Below, one piece after another: positions 20,884 to 32,686 of a stretch of DNA of 64,000 nt. The translations under genes were made by a program, and so were the position numbers. The DNA lies in the NCBI GenBank assembly GCA_001643675.2, contig LSRY02000023.1:1178001-1242000 (forward strand). Reading direction: 5' to 3'. The notes below the pieces were generated by a model. The model saw nothing but the letters and a program-made list of their open reading frames with translations. It made no database searches and had not been told where the DNA came from. Origin of the DNA: Monocercomonoides exilis PA203. Lineage: Eukaryota > Protista > Preaxostyla. Positions within the stretch are counted from its first letter, which is position 1. Every line of letters begins with the position of its first letter.

Positions 20884-22935
20884 TTACTTCGAAAAAGTAT
20901 CGCTATCAAATGAAGTGATATAAATTCTCGAATTGTTCGACAACGAAGTCGCAAAAACATCAACAAGCAAAGGTAATTCATTAAATTTTGAAAAATCAGG
21001 ATTTAGAGGATTATAGATAACAATAGTTGGAACACCTAAATCCTCGCTGCAATATGCTCTATGGCAAGCGCCTGAGAATGAAATGGGAGCACAGAAGTTG
21101 CTTGGGGATAACGGATTATATGAGAAAAGAGCTGAGCCAATTCCTCGATAAGACACAAAATTGATTAGCAGTTGATTTGAATCAGCAGAGTAAGTTTCAC
21201 GATCCTCTGGTGTTTGAATGGTTGTAGCTGCATGAAATGAAGAAGAAGGAGAAGAAGAAAATGTCAAAGCTGATAAGGGCATCTCGGAAAAATTTTGAGT
21301 CAAGTGCTCAAAGTTAAACTGGACATGATTGAAAGGTGAATGAGGATTCAGTGAAATAGATTGGCTTTGCCTCTTCCCATTTTCTGTGATGATTTTCCCG
21401 CTTGCAAACAATGAAACCTCTGTTGGTTCTTGCTTAACTCTTTTTTTGTGTCGTGTTATAGTTGAAGGAGAAGTAGAAGGAGGAGAAGGAGATGATGATG
21501 AAGAAGGAGATGAAGACAATGACGAAGAATGAGAAAATGAAACGGCAGACGCCGCATCTCCAATCACAGCCAGACTGTCATCGACAGCAGCACTTCCCAC
21601 TGCAAGCGCCGTTTCGTCCCTCGCCGCGCTAGCCCCAACCGCCACCGATGCTCCCACAGCAGCTCTGCCCTTGACACGCAGATCCGACAGCGCATACGGC
21701 GCTTCTGTGTTTCTCTGCTTTGCGAGGCTTCGGCGGAATTTTGGGGCGGCTTTGAGCGCCACACTCGACGCAGGCTGAGGCGCTCCGATCGACAGCACGC
21801 CGTCCACAGGCAGCATGCGGACCTTCGAGCGAGAGGAGGCTTTGCCTCTTTTTTGCGCTTTTGCTTCTTCGCTTGAAATAGCAAAGTCCACACTTGGTGA
21901 AGTGACAGCGCCTTCAACACTGATTTTGCTTGCGCTTAGCGTTTCGATCACTGCTCTTTCAGCTTCGATAGAAGATGCCTCCACTTCCTCTGCCCGGAGG
22001 CTCTGAACGGTCATCATGTCCTCGCTTTCCAACCCCAGCGAACCAACATTCCGCAGTCGCCCTCCTTTTAGGTCCAAATCCATGTTCTCCACTTCCACAG
22101 AGCCTCTTCCTGCTGCATCTGCATCTCCGCGGATTGTCATCTTGTCTTTTCTCACAGAAACGGTCTTGCTGCTGCCATCAATCAATGCTCCTCCAAAAAG
22201 AACTTGTGCACCTGTGAATTGTAGCTCGTCGTCTCCTGTAAGATGCCCAGCGGTGAGAACAGATACTTTGAGTGAATTTCCATTCAGACCTGTAGCATTA
22301 ACCATCATTGGATAATTGATTTGTCGAGACTTATAAGAAATCATTTCATCGTGACAGGTTTTATCTTTTGAAGCTTGATCTATACGGAAATACTCGTAAA
22401 TATCAGATTTTGGATAAATAACAACATTTGGAGATTTTCTTTCTGAAATCTTCATAATTCCTTTCAATGAAAGTTTCGGATTAAAAGTTGGGAAGATTCC
22501 ACCAAACAGTATGATCATATAAAATATTACAACAAAGACAGTGATGCAAGAGAAAATTATTAAGCAAATTAAGAGAACCATCTCTGGGGTGCAAACGGTT
22601 GGCTTTAAATGCTTTTCATCCTTTTTATCAATACCATTAGAAGATATTTTTTTCTCGTAAACATGTACACCACTTGAACGTAAGTGTTTCAAAATTATAG
22701 ATAAGTCATGAAATAAATCATTGACGGAACAAGGATTCGGTGAAAGCTCAAGTTCAGAAGAACAGTCATCGTCTCCAGCAAAATTTGTTGATTCATCGCA
22801 ACTATATTTTTCGGAAGAAGATTCATTAATATTTAAATGATTCTCATCTGAGATTAATTGTTCTTCTTTAAGAAGAAATACATTTTGAAGCAAAGCATTG
22901 TTTGAGGAATCTAACAACTGAACACAGTCTGTCAT
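20884..22935 (-). CDS. Hypothetical 683 aa protein with one predicted TM segment (type II-like) and Ser-rich tracts
   Basis: Long uninterrupted ORF; hydrophobic VLLICLIIFSCITVFVVIFYMIILFGGIF at ~aa 120-148; no family recognised. Confidence 0.7.
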   Translation of the reverse strand: MTDCVQLLDSSNNALLQNVFLLKEEQLISDENHLNINESSSEKYSCDESTNFAGDDDCSSELELSPNPCSVNDLFHDLSIILKHLRSSGVHVYEKKISSNGIDKKDEKHLKPTVCTPEMVLLICLIIFSCITVFVVIFYMIILFGGIFPTFNPKLSLKGIMKISERKSPNVVIYPKSDIYEYFRIDQASKDKTCHDEMISYKSRQINYPMMVNATGLNGNSLKVSVLTAGHLTGDDELQFTGAQVLFGGALIDGSSKTVSVRKDKMTIRGDADAAGRGSVEVENMDLDLKGGRLRNVGSLGLESEDMMTVQSLRAEEVEASSIEAERAVIETLSASKISVEGAVTSPSVDFAISSEEAKAQKRGKASSRSKVRMLPVDGVLSIGAPQPASSVALKAAPKFRRSLAKQRNTEAPYALSDLRVKGRAAVGASVAVGASAARDETALAVGSAAVDDSLAVIGDAASAVSFSHSSSLSSSPSSSSSPSPPSTSPSTITRHKKRVKQEPTEVSLFASGKIITENGKRQSQSISLNPHSPFNHVQFNFEHLTQNFSEMPLSALTFSSSPSSSFHAATTIQTPEDRETYSADSNQLLINFVSYRGIGSALFSYNPLSPSNFCAPISFSGACHRAYCSEDLGVPTIVIYNPLNPDFSKFNELPLLVDVFATSLSNNSRIYITSFDSDTFSK

Positions 22936-23216
22936 TAAATGTTTTTATTAGCAAAAATTACTTTGAATTTCGCAGCAACCTTACGATTCGCAATGTCAAA
23001 TTTTTCAATTCATTCGTATTTAATAAGGAAGCATTTATTGTGGCACTGATCAAAAAGAAAAAAAGACTGAAGAAAATCGTCATTTTAATGTTGATTGATA
23101 ATGAACATTCTTTTTGAGAGAAAAGTAGCTCTCTAAAAGTGATTTTGATAAAACTGAGACTTTGATTGAACCATTATACATAACTTTGTACCCATACATT
23201 CTAATATAGTATTATC

Positions 23217-23550
23217 ATGGGTTTGATTCTTTCTTATTATCACTTGTTTTATGTATTTTTTGCATTATATAATTATATTTCATGTTTTGATGCGTATTTG
23301 CACAAAATCAAATGATGATTAATTGCTTCACTTCGATTTTTTAGGAAAAGTACACGGAGCTCTTTCTCGCGCAGGAAAAGTTAGAGATCACACACCAAAA
23401 GTTCCAAAGACAGCAACACAAAAGAAGCCAACAGGAAGAAATAAGATTCGTCTTCTGTACAAGAAGAGATTCACAAATGTTGTTGTTGGCGCAAGAAAGG
23501 AAGGTCCAAACAAGCAAAAGACCAAAGGAGCAAATGCAAATCTCCTTTAA
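23217..23550 (+). CDS. RPS30: 40S ribosomal protein eS30 without ubiquitin-like leader; intron 23221-23344
   Basis: ATGG|gtttga...ttag|GAAAAGTACAC gives [21 protein letters not shown]...[13 protein letters not shown], the canonical eS30 pattern. Confidence 0.95.
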
Positions 23551-24016
23551 ATGAAATAGTCTTTTTTGTTTCCCATTTCTTTTGAAGTGGCTTGCAATTG
23601 ACAAGGACACAGATTTCATTTCCAAAATAAACATGCTGTGTCATTGTTTGGCTGGCTCATCACTTATTATTTTATATGAAAAAAATCATTAATCAAATGA
23701 ATGTGAAATTTTCTATAAATGTATTTTAAAGATTAATTTGTATTTTGGATTGATAAATGCTCTAAATAAAAAATTAAATAATGAATTAAAGGTTATTTGA
23801 ATCATTTGATTTTCTTGATCTATTGCTGTATATTGTAAAAGTAGTTAAATTTGTAATATTTATTCGCAGAGATTTTGTTTTCGAGAGCTTTTAAAGGAAA
23901 ATCTTTGAATGATTGATAGGAAAAAAGCTGTTGAGAGGTTATCAAAATTATTATTATTAACTGTTGTTTGTGATTAATATATTATTTTCAATGTATTTTT
24001 CTAAAAAATAATTCAT

Positions 24017-24018
<2 letters not shown>

Positions 24019-24071
<53 letters not shown>
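24019..24071. repeat. (AT)n microsatellite
   Basis: Uninterrupted AT dinucleotide run of ~26 units. Confidence 0.97.
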
Positions 24072-24075
<4 letters not shown>

Positions 24076-24139
24076 TTTTTGTGAACTGACATTTGATCTA
24101 TTCTATAATTGAGAAGTTTTTAATTCAGATCCAAAACTT

Positions 24140-25409
24140 ATGATCATCCTCAACGACAAGTGCTACGGGCTTGAAGTTTTCTTGAAAGAATACTTCTCAA
24201 AGTTTGATTAAAATATTATTTGATAGTTTTAAGTTCTGTTTTTAGCCCGAAAGATATCAAGAACGGAACTGAAATGTGCTTCACAGATTTTGATGATGCT
24301 TTAATAAATGTCAAGGTTCTTGAAAATAAAGATCTTGTAATTGAGATATCATGGTCATGCGCAAAAGATTTTCTCTCGAATGGTTCAAAGGATGTTATTG
24401 AAAAAGTTTATGCTGGCCACAATCTTCTTTTTGGTGAAAATGGATTCACTATTGTTGTAAAAGCTGAATCAATACCCAGCGACGATGCAGCAAAAGGTTT
24501 TGCTCATTCTTGAATTTTATTTAAATGAAAAATTATTTTTAAATTTATTCAAACAGATGAATTAATCGCTAAGCTTTCTTTGATCAAGCGTCATTTGTTT
24601 TCTGGACCTTTTATTGCTATCATGGAAGGGGATGCAGCATCTGTATCTAAACTTAAGCCTCTTCAAATTCAACTCAAGCCCGGAGAGTATATGTGGATCA
24701 TTCCCAACACAGACAAATCATTTACGTGCGGATTTTCAAATACTGTCGGGGACAAGACAGATCTTCCCATCGCAAAAGTCATGTATCATGTTTGAAATGC
24801 TATTAAAGGAAAGAATTAGCTTTTATTTTATTTTGTTATAATTTTCACAAATATTATAATAACATCACCTTCACTGCAATGTGACTTTATGAATAATTGC
24901 GATTTTTTTAATAGGAATTTGATGCAACACGAACTCAAACAGCATTGAGCTCGTGTCCGACTGCTATCTCTTCTGAGGGGTGTCCAAAGGATATTGAACA
25001 GTTTGATTTCAGAAGAATCGGAATTGACGGGTACTTCTTGTTCACTGTTCATCCAAGACATTACTCGCCTCCTGGAATGAAAGAGCGTATCATTGCGCAA
25101 TTGATGCTCTTCCGTCCATATTTGGACTATCACTTCAAATGTGCAAAGGCTTTCACTCACTACAGAATGAGAACATGCCACGACAACTTGGTCCAGGTGC
25201 TTAACAGAGCAAAAGGTGAAATTAAAATGGGAAGAGGTTTGACTTAACGTTAATATAATTTGCACTGTTTAAGAATTCATTTTATTTTATTTTTTTCTCT
25301 TTCCATTTCTTTTGTTTTTATTTTCACTTACAAAAAAATGTAATAATGATTAAATTTACCAGGTACAAAGACATTCTCAGGTCGCAACATGGTTCCAAAG
25401 AGAGTTTAA
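24140..25409 (+). CDS. ARPC2: Arp2/3 complex 34 kDa subunit, about five exons (introns ~24202-24245, 24497-24556, 24790-24915, 25238-25362)
   Basis: Motifs MIILN, FTDFDD, LIKRHLFSGPF, YLDYHFKCAKAFTHYRMR...VQVLNRAK and KTFSGR match ARPC2; GT...AG introns separate the ORF pieces. Confidence 0.9.
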
Positions 25410-26451
25410 TTTTTCTATTTTTCTTTTTCCTTTCTTGTTACAGTTATCCATTTTTGAATCGCTTGTCTCTTTTGCTGTATCTATCTCTACTGTTTATCTT
25501 TTCTTCCTTTTTTAAAACACTAAATCATTTTCTTTCAAAAGGGGCTTTATTTGAAATGGTTAAAGATCATTTTATATGAACGATTAACATTCAGAAACAA
25601 ATTTTATCTAAAATAGAAATGAAATGTACTTTTCATTAATTGGTGAAATAGTAAACGAACTTTTGAACATTCATTTATTACTTAAAAGGTTGTTTGGAAG
25701 AGAAAGGATTAATTCTTGTCCATGAATTTTGAGCCAAACTTTTTTTTAAGAATTCATTTTGACTAACGAGTTTCGAAAATATTATCTTAATGATTTTTTC
25801 TTGTTGCATATTGGAATTTAACATATCCATCCATGAACAAAATTAAAAAAATAATCATAATTATAAAAAAATTTATAAAATTCAATCTATTTTAACACAC
25901 TAATTCAGTTTCCCGAGTCAATCCTTCTGAAACATGGTGTGACCAACATCACCTGCTTTTTCATCCAGTGGCTCCTTCAGAACGAGAACAGATTTGTCAA
26001 ATTCTGATTGCAAGTTCGCTATCGCGCCAGAAATATTCACATGGACAAGCACATTCTCCATACCACAGGAGCTAAAGGAATCTTCGGAACGATCAGTCAG
26101 GAATGAAACTGAGGGGATGGAGAGAGAGAGAATGAACAGATGAATGAGAGAGAAAGAGAAAGAGGAAGAGGAAGAGGAAGAGGAAAAAAGAAATACCAAT
26201 TTAATGAAAGCTGCGTTTCTTTCTCTTCTCGAATGTTTGTGATTTCTGATTGAAAAAGCATGCTGAAATTTTTTTTTTTGACCAAATGTGATTGTCCTTC
26301 GAAATGTTATTTTGCACTTCTGTTAAAAGTTTCTTTTAATTTTTGATTTTTATTGTTTTGTTCCATTTCGAAGTTGTGAAAAAAAGACTTTAAAATAACA
26401 TTCAAATGAGCGATTGCTTCGATATAGTGAAATGATGAAAAAAGAAAAATA

Positions 26452-28471
26452 TGGTGATTTATTAACCCGAACATTTTTTTGAAAATAAGTTTAATCAAAT
26501 CACTCTTCATATAACATAAATTGTTTTCAGCATTTAAAGAAAAGAAGCCAAACAGAAATAAAGATCAAATTACAATACCTAATCTCTGATTGTGGGATGT
26601 GGAGATGGGAGGTTAGCTCCTCTATCTGTGATTAGTGCCTCCTCTGAGGAGATTAGGTCATAGCAACGGGGCTTATTAAGTTTGATTTAGATTGTAAAAA
26701 TTTTTTTATTATTTTTTTCATCAGAAAAAAACTTTTTTCAAAAAATCAAAAAAGATCATAACCAGAATTTTTTTGAAATGAGTGTTGTCGAAAATAAAAA
26801 ATAACAAGGATGAAAGAAAATTAGAAGTTTGATGAGATCCTTTCAATATCGGCATATTGAAAGTAGATTAGAACGAGTTGCAACAATTATCGCAAATGGA
26901 GAAGCTCGGGTTGCAGATGCTACAAACATGAAAGAATTTACTCGCTCGGCAATTGACAGGGCAGTTACAGCTGTGGAAAAATGAAGAAAGGAAAGATAAT
27001 ATGGAAAACCAGAATTACTCTAGCCGGAAGAAAAGGAAACTATATTTGGAGTGCTGAAAATGGAATGTGAAAGTGGGGCAAGTTTCAGTGCTACGCAAAT
27101 GAGGAAATTGGTTTGTCACAAATTATAATTTGTTGTATTTATCTATATTTTATATATTCAGATGAGCACTGTTATTAATGATAAGAAAATAGATGACATT
27201 GACGAAGAAGATGAAGAAGTCAACATTTCAAAAGCCTATCTTTATCAATACTCCAAAAAAATCCTGAGCCATAGGTTTCTCACCTTCGAAATGCAGATAT
27301 CCAGGGCTATCTGAATCAAATCAGCAAACTCTTTGTCCATTTTTCATTCTTCTTCAAATCCTTCATGATCAACATCATTATTCTCACTCTCTTATCTTAA
27401 ACATTGATGAATCTTCTCTTCGACTCTCTGATTCTTTCTCTTCTCTTGTTTTCCATCATTCCGACATACCTGTTGGTTTCTCCAAAACACCGATGAATAT
27501 GCCTAATGCAACTCTCGTCGTTGCAGCTGCAGCTGATGGCTACTCCCTAAAAAGCGTCGTTCTGTGGCCTTGTCACAAATTACCTGATGAACTGCGCCTT
27601 GTTCTGAGTTCGCAGTTGGATGTTTGGGGTGAAAATGAAGGCTGGATGACTGAAGCGCTATTTCTCAAATATGCTGAAGAAGTGTTGCTTCCAGGGATCA
27701 CACAAAGAAGAGAAACTTTGAAGAAGAGTGATGAACGTTGCCTTCTCCTTCTTGATTCGCATTCATCGAGAGCGCAGCCTGACTTATGGAAAAGGTTTGC
27801 CGATTCTTTAATAGATGTCGTCACCTTCGTGCCCCATACCACTCACATCGCACAGCAATTAAATCGTGGCGTATTTGCTGTTTTTAAAAAGACAATAAAT
27901 GCTAATTATGAAGCGCCTTCTTCTTCTTCTGTTGTTTTGCGACGAGAAGCACTGGCTGATGTGCTTCCACAAGCTTTGCAAACTTCTTTGTTTCCTTCAA
28001 CGATCAAATCTTCATTTGCGAAGAGCGGAGTACTGTGACATCAGTGGCACGAAGTGTTAGCCAAGCTGCCAAAAGAACCTTCCGTGACTCTGAAGAAAAG
28101 AACAAAAAGGTTTGATTATTTTGGAAAACTAATTACCGATGAAGAATTTTTATTAGAATGGAAAAAAGAAAAGGATGAAAGAAAAGAGTCAAAAAATGAA
28201 TAAAAAGATAATGAAGAAATTGAAAAGGCTTTGTTTGAAGATGAAAAACCGAAAAAAAGAAAATTCAACCCATTGAAAATTTTAAATGATGATTTTTCTG
28301 ATGATGAAAAAAAAGAAAGAAATACTCGAAAAATTGTGAAACGAGAGCTTGTTGATTATATTTATTATTAATATTTTTTTTTAAAACAAAATCAATACAC
28401 AATAAACAAAAATAAATTCATTTATTTTTTGTTCGGGTTTTCAAAAAAATATTCGGGTTTATAAATCACCC
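26452..28471 (+). mobile_element. Inactive pogo-like (DDE_1, DD35D-type) transposon with a putative intron at 27111-27160
   Basis: 34 bp TIRs (26452-26485 tggtgatttattaacccgaacatttttttgaaaa; 28438-28471, 3 mismatches) flanked by TA. Motifs LNIDES, GWMT..LF, LLLDSHSSR, PHTTHIAQQLNRGVF (third Asp replaced by Asn). Stops and frameshifts present. Confidence 0.9.
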
Positions 28472-28514
28472 TACACAATTTTTGAATTTCAAAATGTTAA
28501 GAATTTCATTTCAT

Positions 28515-29981
28515 TAAATATTCACAAGATAATCTGAAATATTCAACAACAACAGATAATATTTATATTTTTTTTTTTGTCAATAAAATAAAATATTTCA
28601 TGAAAGCTTATGATTAAATCTTCATATCCTTCCACTTCCATCTTTTCAAATATTTTCCGTTTTTCCAATTTTCTTTTCGCTTCATCAGTTTCTCCATCCG
28701 CCTCTTCTTTCAATCTTCTTGAAACATTCGTAAAGAATTGCAAGCTTTCAAATGCAATTTTGCCATTCAACGTTGGTCGCTGAATCTCCTCCAAAACAGC
28801 ATCAACTGCTCTGCCTTTCAGCAAGTCATCAACTTTCACGTCTCTATTTTGTGCTGCATTTCTCAAGGAAGAAATGCATCCCTTACAAATTTCTCTGTAT
28901 TTATCCTTTGATGCTCGAAATACCCTCACAATACTCCCAATGATCTCTTCATATTCTTCATTCCACAATGAGCATGATAGAAAAAATTTTTCAAATGTTT
29001 GGATCCATCTCTTTATTATCCGAACTTCTTTCGCTTCTTTCCTTCTTCTTCCCTCTTTTTTCCTCTTCCAGTCAATGCATCTTGTCAGTTCTTCGATTTC
29101 TCTTCTTGCTTCTCTCGCAAAATGCAGTTTATTCGCAATCACTTCTTCCAAGCTGTCATCATTGAAGAATCTGTATATAAAAAATTGCCAAGCAGATTGA
29201 TACGCAAGTCGTGTCAGATTGTGATGCTTTTGATGATAATTGATGATATCTTTCATCTCCTTCAAATACAGTTCTTCTTCTAATTCCTAATCAGAAATAA
29301 GGGGGGAAATGTAATTCAACAATATCAAAACGGGAAAAAGGTTCTCAAACCCAAAATCCAATATTGCCCAAAGCCAGCAACGCTGTTTCCACTTCCTTCT
29401 GAATTTCTTCGGTCTTGTCTTTCTTCGAGGCAATCTTCAGAAGGCAAGGCACAATGATTGAAAGCAATTCATCAGGAATTTCTTCATCGTTCAGCAAAAG
29501 ATAGCATTCACAGAGATCAATCAGACGCCTTTCGTTCTTTTCTTCTTTTTTCTTCTCTTCATTAATTATCAACTTTTGAAATATTTTAATCAGCGGAGGT
29601 TCTTCAAACCATATACTCCGTATGTATTTCATTTCTTTGCAATATCCAATATTCTTCAACAGCACAAGAGCATTTTCCAGTGTCAATTTCTTTTCATCTA
29701 TCATTTTGTCAATAACAATGAACAGATGAAATGCTAAAACACAACATAATTCCTTCCTGTCCATTTCTTCCATTAGCGAGCTTATTTCAAGGATCTTCTG
29801 TTTTTGCTCACGTTCAGCGCAATCTTCAAGACCATCAAACATTTCTTCAAAAAAGGAAAAGAAAGAAATACTATCATCAAAAAATAGAAAATAACAATGC
29901 TTGGAAACCTATGAAATTTTCTGCAACGCTCTTTACTTGCGTCTTCACAACCGCAGTGCAGCCAGCAAATATCTTTATCAT
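28515..29981 (-). CDS. Lineage-specific helical E/K-rich family protein, copy 1 (three exons)
   Basis: Exons ~29981-29909, ~29844-29351, ~29284-28543. Family motifs HHNLTRLAYQSAWQF and VDAVLEEIQRPTL. The family-type ending LNISDYLVNI* at ~28515 is out of frame after a long T run, a likely homopolymer indel. Confidence 0.75.
28635..29551. repeat. 917 bp tract identical in inverted orientation to 45582-46498
   Basis: Identical shadow ORFs on opposite strands and an identical intron; flanks are homologous but diverged. Confidence 0.93.
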
Positions 29982-32686
29982 TTCAATTCAAATGAAAAAC
30001 AGTTCATATTAAACAGAAAAAATCCAAAAAAACAAAAACTTATTACAAATATATCCAATTGCGAACACGCCATTCTTAAAGATATAAGTATTTTGACAAG
30101 TTATAGAAAATAAAAGAAGATAGATTAATCATATTTGTTTGTTGTTATGGTTGTTTTGATCAAGTTGTTTTCAAAATACGAAAATTTTTCTTCAAAAATT
30201 CAGGATCGAGGGATGAAATTCTGTTTCGGAATTAGAACAATTATTTCCTTTAGTTATGCTTGACATTGAAAACGATTCTTTTTTTTGTAGTTCCATATGA
30301 TAATTTTTGAAAATAGGCTGACAAAGGAAATTCAACAATTTTATAATCAATGAAAAAATCTGCATGTTTGCATTTTATCACTGTTCTATGGATTGTGAAA
30401 ATATCTATATGTAACCTTCTTAGAATCCAGAAATATGAAGAATTAATTAAATGGTTAATATTTCATTTAAATGAGATGAATTTAAGAAGAGATCTGATTA
30501 TTGTATAGCGATTGAGAAATAAAGGAATATGTGCAACTTTCACACTTTTCATAATTTTTGTTTGGAGCAAGAGGTGAAGATAAATTCGACTGTTGCTTTT
30601 TTGAATGAAGATTTATGGATGAAATTCTGTGAAGGACAAAATCTGCACAAAATTATATAGCATTTTGGAGCATAAGGCAAAGGAGAAGCTTTTTTGGCAA
30701 GGAAAGTGGCAGGCAATATCGAGGGAAGGACATTTATTACTTAAAACAGGCAAGAATTCAATGGAAAAAGGAGAACCCCAAAATATCAGTTTTATTTATA
30801 AGGTTTTCCTGTTTCTCGGACTGCGCCAGGCAGACATGGAAGGCTGCGAATTTCTATTTCTGATTCCGCTTTTGCTTCAAAAGAGTGGAGAAACGCCAAC
30901 TACGAGACATCCAATTATCAAGTATTTTTTGGTAATCGAAGAGTATTCACGTCAGCAGCTTTTGGATTTCATTTTTCGAAGGTTCAGCCATTTTGAGCAA
31001 AAGAGGCAATTTTATATTGAAACATATTTCCTTCAGCGTTGGGACGATGGAAAAGAAATTGGAGATCATCATCTTTTTCAATCTTCATCATCATTCAACA
31101 GAATGCTTATTATTGCATCCTTTTTGTATGTTTGTGCATGTGCCATTGGCTTTCTCCTCTTGAACGTCGAAGAACGAGTTTCTTCCAGACTGTGATATGC
31201 AACACAAGCACCGCTGAATGAATGCCGACTTTTTTCATCCATCTTCGTCAGAGTTGAAATGAAGAACAGCAAACTCCTTCAATTCATATTCATCGCATCT
31301 TTCCTTCGTCTTCCAAGCATTTCATCGGTTTCTGATTGTTTTCACTCAAACAGATCGAAGAGTTATATGCTTCAAATACAAAAGACGAATTTCTTCATTC
31401 TTCTTCAACAGCTTCACTTCATCTTCCTTTATCGTCCAATTTTCTTTTTCTCCAACTTTTCCGTCATTCACTCGAAATCCTCAACTTAAACAGTAATTTT
31501 CTGTTTCTGTGTATTTCTTCGAAACTTCTTCATTTTCTTCTTCTTAGTTGTCTTTTTCTCCATTTCCATTTTTTATCTTTTCCCTTCGCTGAATGGCAAA
31601 GCGTCTATTTCAGTTCTATTTTCTGTTCAATCAGCAGACAATAAAACCTCCCCAAACTGATTTCTTCTTCTTCTCATCATCATCATGCTTAACATCTTCA
31701 AATAATTCCCCCAAACCACCTGAAATTAATTTTTCTGCGTAGTGCTGCTCTGTTTTTTCGGAGGATAATTCCGCAAATCGGTTGAAAAAAAAGACATTTC
31801 AAATCAAAATTTCGTGAAGCATGCCAAATTGATAGAAGAAGGAAAAAAGAGAGAAGAAGGAAATAAGATGGACATTGGAGGAGAGAAAGAGGAATTGGTC
31901 AGTGAAATGCTGTGAAAATTGGAGGAAGTTTTGAAAAGAGGAGAGCAGTTGAGCATCAGAAGAGAGGAAGAAAGAGACTGTGAATGAACATTTGAAACAA
32001 CAAGAGCAAAGCGTTGAATGAAGATTGATTGTCTGATATATTTAGAGAAAATCAGAGCAGCTGGTGAAGAAAGACTTGCTGTTTTATTGCAATGGACAGG
32101 GAGAAACTTGATGATTCGAAACAACACATTTTCAAAGGCAATTCTAAGGGTATGCATTTTGATGTGGTATTTTTGACTTTTTCAATGTTTTTATTGGACA
32201 GATGTTTCTATTTGATGAGTTTCTTTTTATTTGTTATCTGTTCATTACAAATATGAAGAATTCAACATTTCCGAAAAACTCAATCTCTCTCAAATAATGC
32301 AATGTTTTAATATTACTGTGAAAGCAATGCATGGCAGATTCTTTTGATGCGTAAAATGAATCCAAACCTATCGCACTCTCATCTTTGCCCTTCTTTTTAT
32401 GAGTATTTCTTATTTTTTCAAACTTCGCATCTTATTATTTTGATTTTTTTATCTGGACATGATTTGATAATTCCTCACCTACACCAACAAATACTGGTTC
32501 ATTCCTCCAAACAGCCGTAGAAATAGCAATGTTTTGGAAGGGTCTCAGAAGTTTTCCAAATGCCACTAAATATTTATCGAAAGAAGGCTTTTACTCTTTA
32601 AAAATGTTCTCAAAACAAATATTAAGGGCTATTTGATCAAATAAAAAATACTCAATTTTTCAAATCAAAATTGACATTCTTTTAGC

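Noticed and set aside
25900-26240. Short minus-strand coding-like fragment
   Set aside because: No start, family motif or consistent exon structure could be supported.
30629-32160. 188 aa ORF and adjacent E/K-rich fragments
   Set aside because: Non-ATG start, no recognisable motifs, flanked by stop-riddled fragments; probably gene debris.
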